64,000 nucleotides of DNA from an uncultured Acidobacteriota bacterium. GTDB lineage: Bacteria > Acidobacteriota > Vicinamibacteria > Fen-336. The stretch covers positions 28,724-92,723 of the forward strand of contig CAZNNH010000004.1 of the NCBI GenBank assembly GCA_964574335.1, read 5' to 3'. The position numbers were made by a program, and so were the translations under genes. How positions within the stretch are numbered: position 1 is the first letter of the stretch; each line of letters opens with the position of its first letter. Positions 61,801 to 64,000 of this stretch are shown piece by piece. The notes beneath the pieces are model-generated. The model saw only the letters and a list, made by a program, of their open reading frames with translations. It did no database searches and was not told where the DNA came from.

Positions 61801-62520
61801 CGCCCTCTGTTCGTAGCGTCCGAGAAACGCGTTCCAGCGGATCCGCAGAAGGTCGGCGAAGGCGAGCGCCCCCCGTAGCGTCGTCACCCGGGTGGCGGCG
61901 TCGTTGCGCCAGGTCACCGGCAGCTCGGCGATCCGCAGCCCCCGCTTCCGGGCCACGAACAGGGCCTCGACATCGAAGCAGAAGCCGTCCAGCCGGGTGA
62001 CCTCGAAGACCCGAGCCGCCTCCTCGGAGAAGAGCTTGAAGCCACACTGGGTGTCGTGGAGGCCGGGGACCACCAGCCAGCGGACCAGCAAGTTGAACAG
62101 CCGGCCCAGGGTCTCCCGATAGTGGGACTGGTGGACCTGAATCTGGGCGCCCGGAAGGGCCCGCGAGCCGATCACCACGTCATAGCCCTGGTCCATCTGC
62201 AGAAGCAGCCGCTCCAGCTCCTCGATGGGCGTCGAGAGGTCGGCGTCGGTCATCAGGCGGCGATGGCCGGTGGCCCGCAGCATGCCCTGGCGCACCGCGT
62301 GACCCTTGCCGCGGTTGTGAGGGCTCCTGGTCACCAGGATGGAGGGGCAGACCTCCTGGGCCCGCTGGACGGTGCGGTCGGTGGAGCCGTCGTCCACCAG
62401 CAGGATCTCGTGGGATCCGGGCCATCGGTCCAGGAAGCCGACCAACCGTGCCAAGGTGTCGGGAAGGCGCCGCTCCTCGTTGAAGGCCGGAATCACTACC
62501 GAAAGCCCCGGCGCGGTCAC
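61783..62520 (-). CDS. GT2-family glycosyltransferase (polyprenyl-phosphate sugar synthase-like)
   Basis: LSVVIPAFNEERRL...LLVDDGSTDRT...DAD, the GT-A DxD fold. Length is 245 aa. Confidence 0.8.
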   Translation of the reverse strand: MTAPGLSVVIPAFNEERRLPDTLARLVGFLDRWPGSHEILLVDDGSTDRTVQRAQEVCPSILVTRSPHNRGKGHAVRQGMLRATGHRRLMTDADLSTPIEELERLLLQMDQGYDVVIGSRALPGAQIQVHQSHYRETLGRLFNLLVRWLVVPGLHDTQCGFKLFSEEAARVFEVTRLDGFCFDVEALFVARKRGLRIAELPVTWRNDAATRVTTLRGALAFADLLRIRWNAFLGRYEQRAERDLG

Positions 62521-63803
62521 AGTAGCTCCTCGAGACGCGGGCGGAGCCCCAGGTGCACGCCGGGCAGTCCCAGCTCCCGGGCCCCCCAGCGCACCTCCTC
62601 CGTCAGGTAGCCGAGAAGCGATCCTTCGTCCGCCTGGTCTTCCTCGAGCTGCCGGAGCGTCTCCGCCTGGTGCCGCTTGACCTCCTCGAGGAAGCGCGCG
62701 AGCCGGTCCGCCGAGGCCTCGAGGTCATGGTGGCGCCGCACGTGATCGCGGGCCAGGCGCTCGATCCGCTCGCGCAAGGCGGCATCCACGAGCAGCTCGC
62801 CGATCAGCGCCTCGAGCTCCAGCTCCTCGGTGGGACCGGGATCCACGGGGACCACGACTCCCGGGGGGAACTCCTCGGCTGCAGGCGTCCCCGCGGTCAC
62901 AAGCGTGGCCCGCCCCACCCCCAACGACCGCAAGAGCGCCCCCGAGATCTCGCCGTGGCTGGGGAAGCGCAGCCCCAGCACCAGGTCGGCAGCCACCAGA
63001 TGTCGCCCGAAATCCTCGAGCGAGAGCCGGCCGGTGAGCGTGAAGGCCCCACGGAGACCGGCCTCGTCGACCCAGCGGGAGATCGGCAGGGTTGGCTCGA
63101 CGGCCCCCGCCACCACCAGGTGCAGCGACGGGAGACGCTGCCGCAGCCGTCCCAGGGCGCGCACCGCCACGTCCAGCCGCTTGCAGGAGTTGGCCAGTCC
63201 CGGGGCCGAGACGATGGCGGCGCCTTGGGGGAGCCCGAGCCGCCCGCGCGCCTCGGCCCGCGAGGGCAGCGGGTCGAGGGGTAGCGACACGTGGTGCGGC
63301 AGGTGCAGGACCGGTCGGCCGGGCAGCCGCTCGGCGGCCCGCGAGGCGACGTAGCGGGTCAGCCCCACCACGCCCAGGCTGGCTTCCAGAGCGCGGTCGT
63401 TGAGCGGAAAGTGGGCCGGCAGCAGGTCTCCGCCCAGGGCCCGCGCTACCTGCCGCCCGACGAAGGTCCCGACCGGGCCATGGGCCCTCCGCATCTCGCG
63501 CAGGTAGCGGCCGGTGTCTCCTCGCTCCACGGTCTCGAACAGCACCAGGTGATGCAGGCTCCAGTCGTGGAGCACCACCACGCCGGGCCGGGCCAAGGCG
63601 GCCCGGTAGATGAAGGCGTGGGCGGGCGAGTTGCCCAGGTGGTAGACGTGGAGATCGGCAGCATCCGCTGGCACTCCTCCGGCCGGCTCGGAATCGACCA
63701 GCCGCACCTCGGCATGGCGGCGCAGGGCGGGGAGCTGCTCGGCCACGTAGTCGGCGATCCCCGAGCCGGACTCGGGGGGCGGGCTCCAGACCCACAGCCT
63801 CAC
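62517..63803 (-). CDS. GT4-family (group 1) glycosyltransferase
   Basis: A likely GTG start at 63801-63803 overlaps the upstream stop (GTGA). GT-B fold C-terminal half (LHLVVAGAV...EISGALLRSLGVGRATLVT). Track ORF 62517..63872 extends further than is likely real. Confidence 0.6.
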   Translation of the reverse strand: MRLWVWSPPPESGSGIADYVAEQLPALRRHAEVRLVDSEPAGGVPADAADLHVYHLGNSPAHAFIYRAALARPGVVVLHDWSLHHLVLFETVERGDTGRYLREMRRAHGPVGTFVGRQVARALGGDLLPAHFPLNDRALEASLGVVGLTRYVASRAAERLPGRPVLHLPHHVSLPLDPLPSRAEARGRLGLPQGAAIVSAPGLANSCKRLDVAVRALGRLRQRLPSLHLVVAGAVEPTLPISRWVDEAGLRGAFTLTGRLSLEDFGRHLVAADLVLGLRFPSHGEISGALLRSLGVGRATLVTAGTPAAEEFPPGVVVPVDPGPTEELELEALIGELLVDAALRERIERLARDHVRRHHDLEASADRLARFLEEVKRHQAETLRQLEEDQADEGSLLGYLTEEVRWGARELGLPGVHLGLRPRLEELL

Positions 63804-64000
63804 CCCAGCGTCTCCGTCAGCCGGTCGATCACACCGTCCCAGTTGATGTCGCGCACCCGCTCGTGGCCGCACTCGCCCAGCTCGCGGAGGCGGGAGGTGG
63901 GAAGCCCGAAGAGCCGATCGATCCCCTCGGCGATCGCCTCCGGCGTGGGCTCCGTCACCACGCCGCTTCTTCCGTCTTCGACGAACTCGAGCGGCCCACC
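63800..64000 (-). CDS. GT4-family glycosyltransferase, C-terminal fragment (5' end is beyond the window)
   Basis: Minus-strand translation gives GGPLEFVEDGRSGVVTEPTPEAIAEGIDRLFGLPTSRLRELGECGHERVRDINWDGVIDRLTETLG*, a typical GT4 C-terminus. Confidence 0.65.
   Translation of the reverse strand, partial: GGPLEFVEDGRSGVVTEPTPEAIAEGIDRLFGLPTSRLRELGECGHERVRDINWDGVIDRLTETLG

Overview
This 64 kb window is high-GC (about 70%) and looks like the chromosomal replication-origin region of a diderm (LPS-producing) bacterium. No 16S rRNA is present, so the lineage cannot be assigned, but the gene content is reminiscent of Acidobacteriota, Myxococcota, Gemmatimonadota and similar uncultured groups.

Left of the origin, all on the minus strand: atpG (partial), atpA, atpH, a bactofilin, parB, parA with a parS site, rsmG, jag, yidC, yidD, rnpA and rpmH (44 aa, absent from the ORF track). 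A relatively AT-rich rpmH-dnaA spacer with DnaA-box-like motifs is the likely oriC. To its right, on the plus strand, sit dnaA, dnaN, recF, gyrB and gyrA.

Downstream are a uvrD/pcrA-glmS-glmU-TPR operon, lpxC, and an ECF sigma / STAS / unknown / DUF1573 operon. A long minus-strand run follows: rplU-rpmA-obg-nadD-rsfS, then a PspF-like sigma-54 activator, a DksA-like protein and comF. Next comes a 991-aa fusion of a HExxH peptidase, a TolB-like beta-propeller and an Omp85-type barrel. A Firmicutes-like dprA-topA-trmFO-xerC ... hslV-hslU block is interrupted by an ECF sigma / anti-sigma / secreted-protein module. The window ends with transaldolase, an FmdB zinc ribbon, a three-gene biotin acyl-CoA carboxylase, tamB-bamA with a SurA-N-like protein, a HAD hydrolase, and a convergent glycosyltransferase operon (GT2 plus two GT4, the last partial).

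Many adjacent genes overlap by 1-4 nt (ATGA/GTGA), so translational coupling appears pervasive. No rRNA, tRNA, CRISPR array or mobile element was found. Because of the high GC, most long opposite-strand ORFs in the track are spurious. Coordinates follow the track convention (stop codon included).
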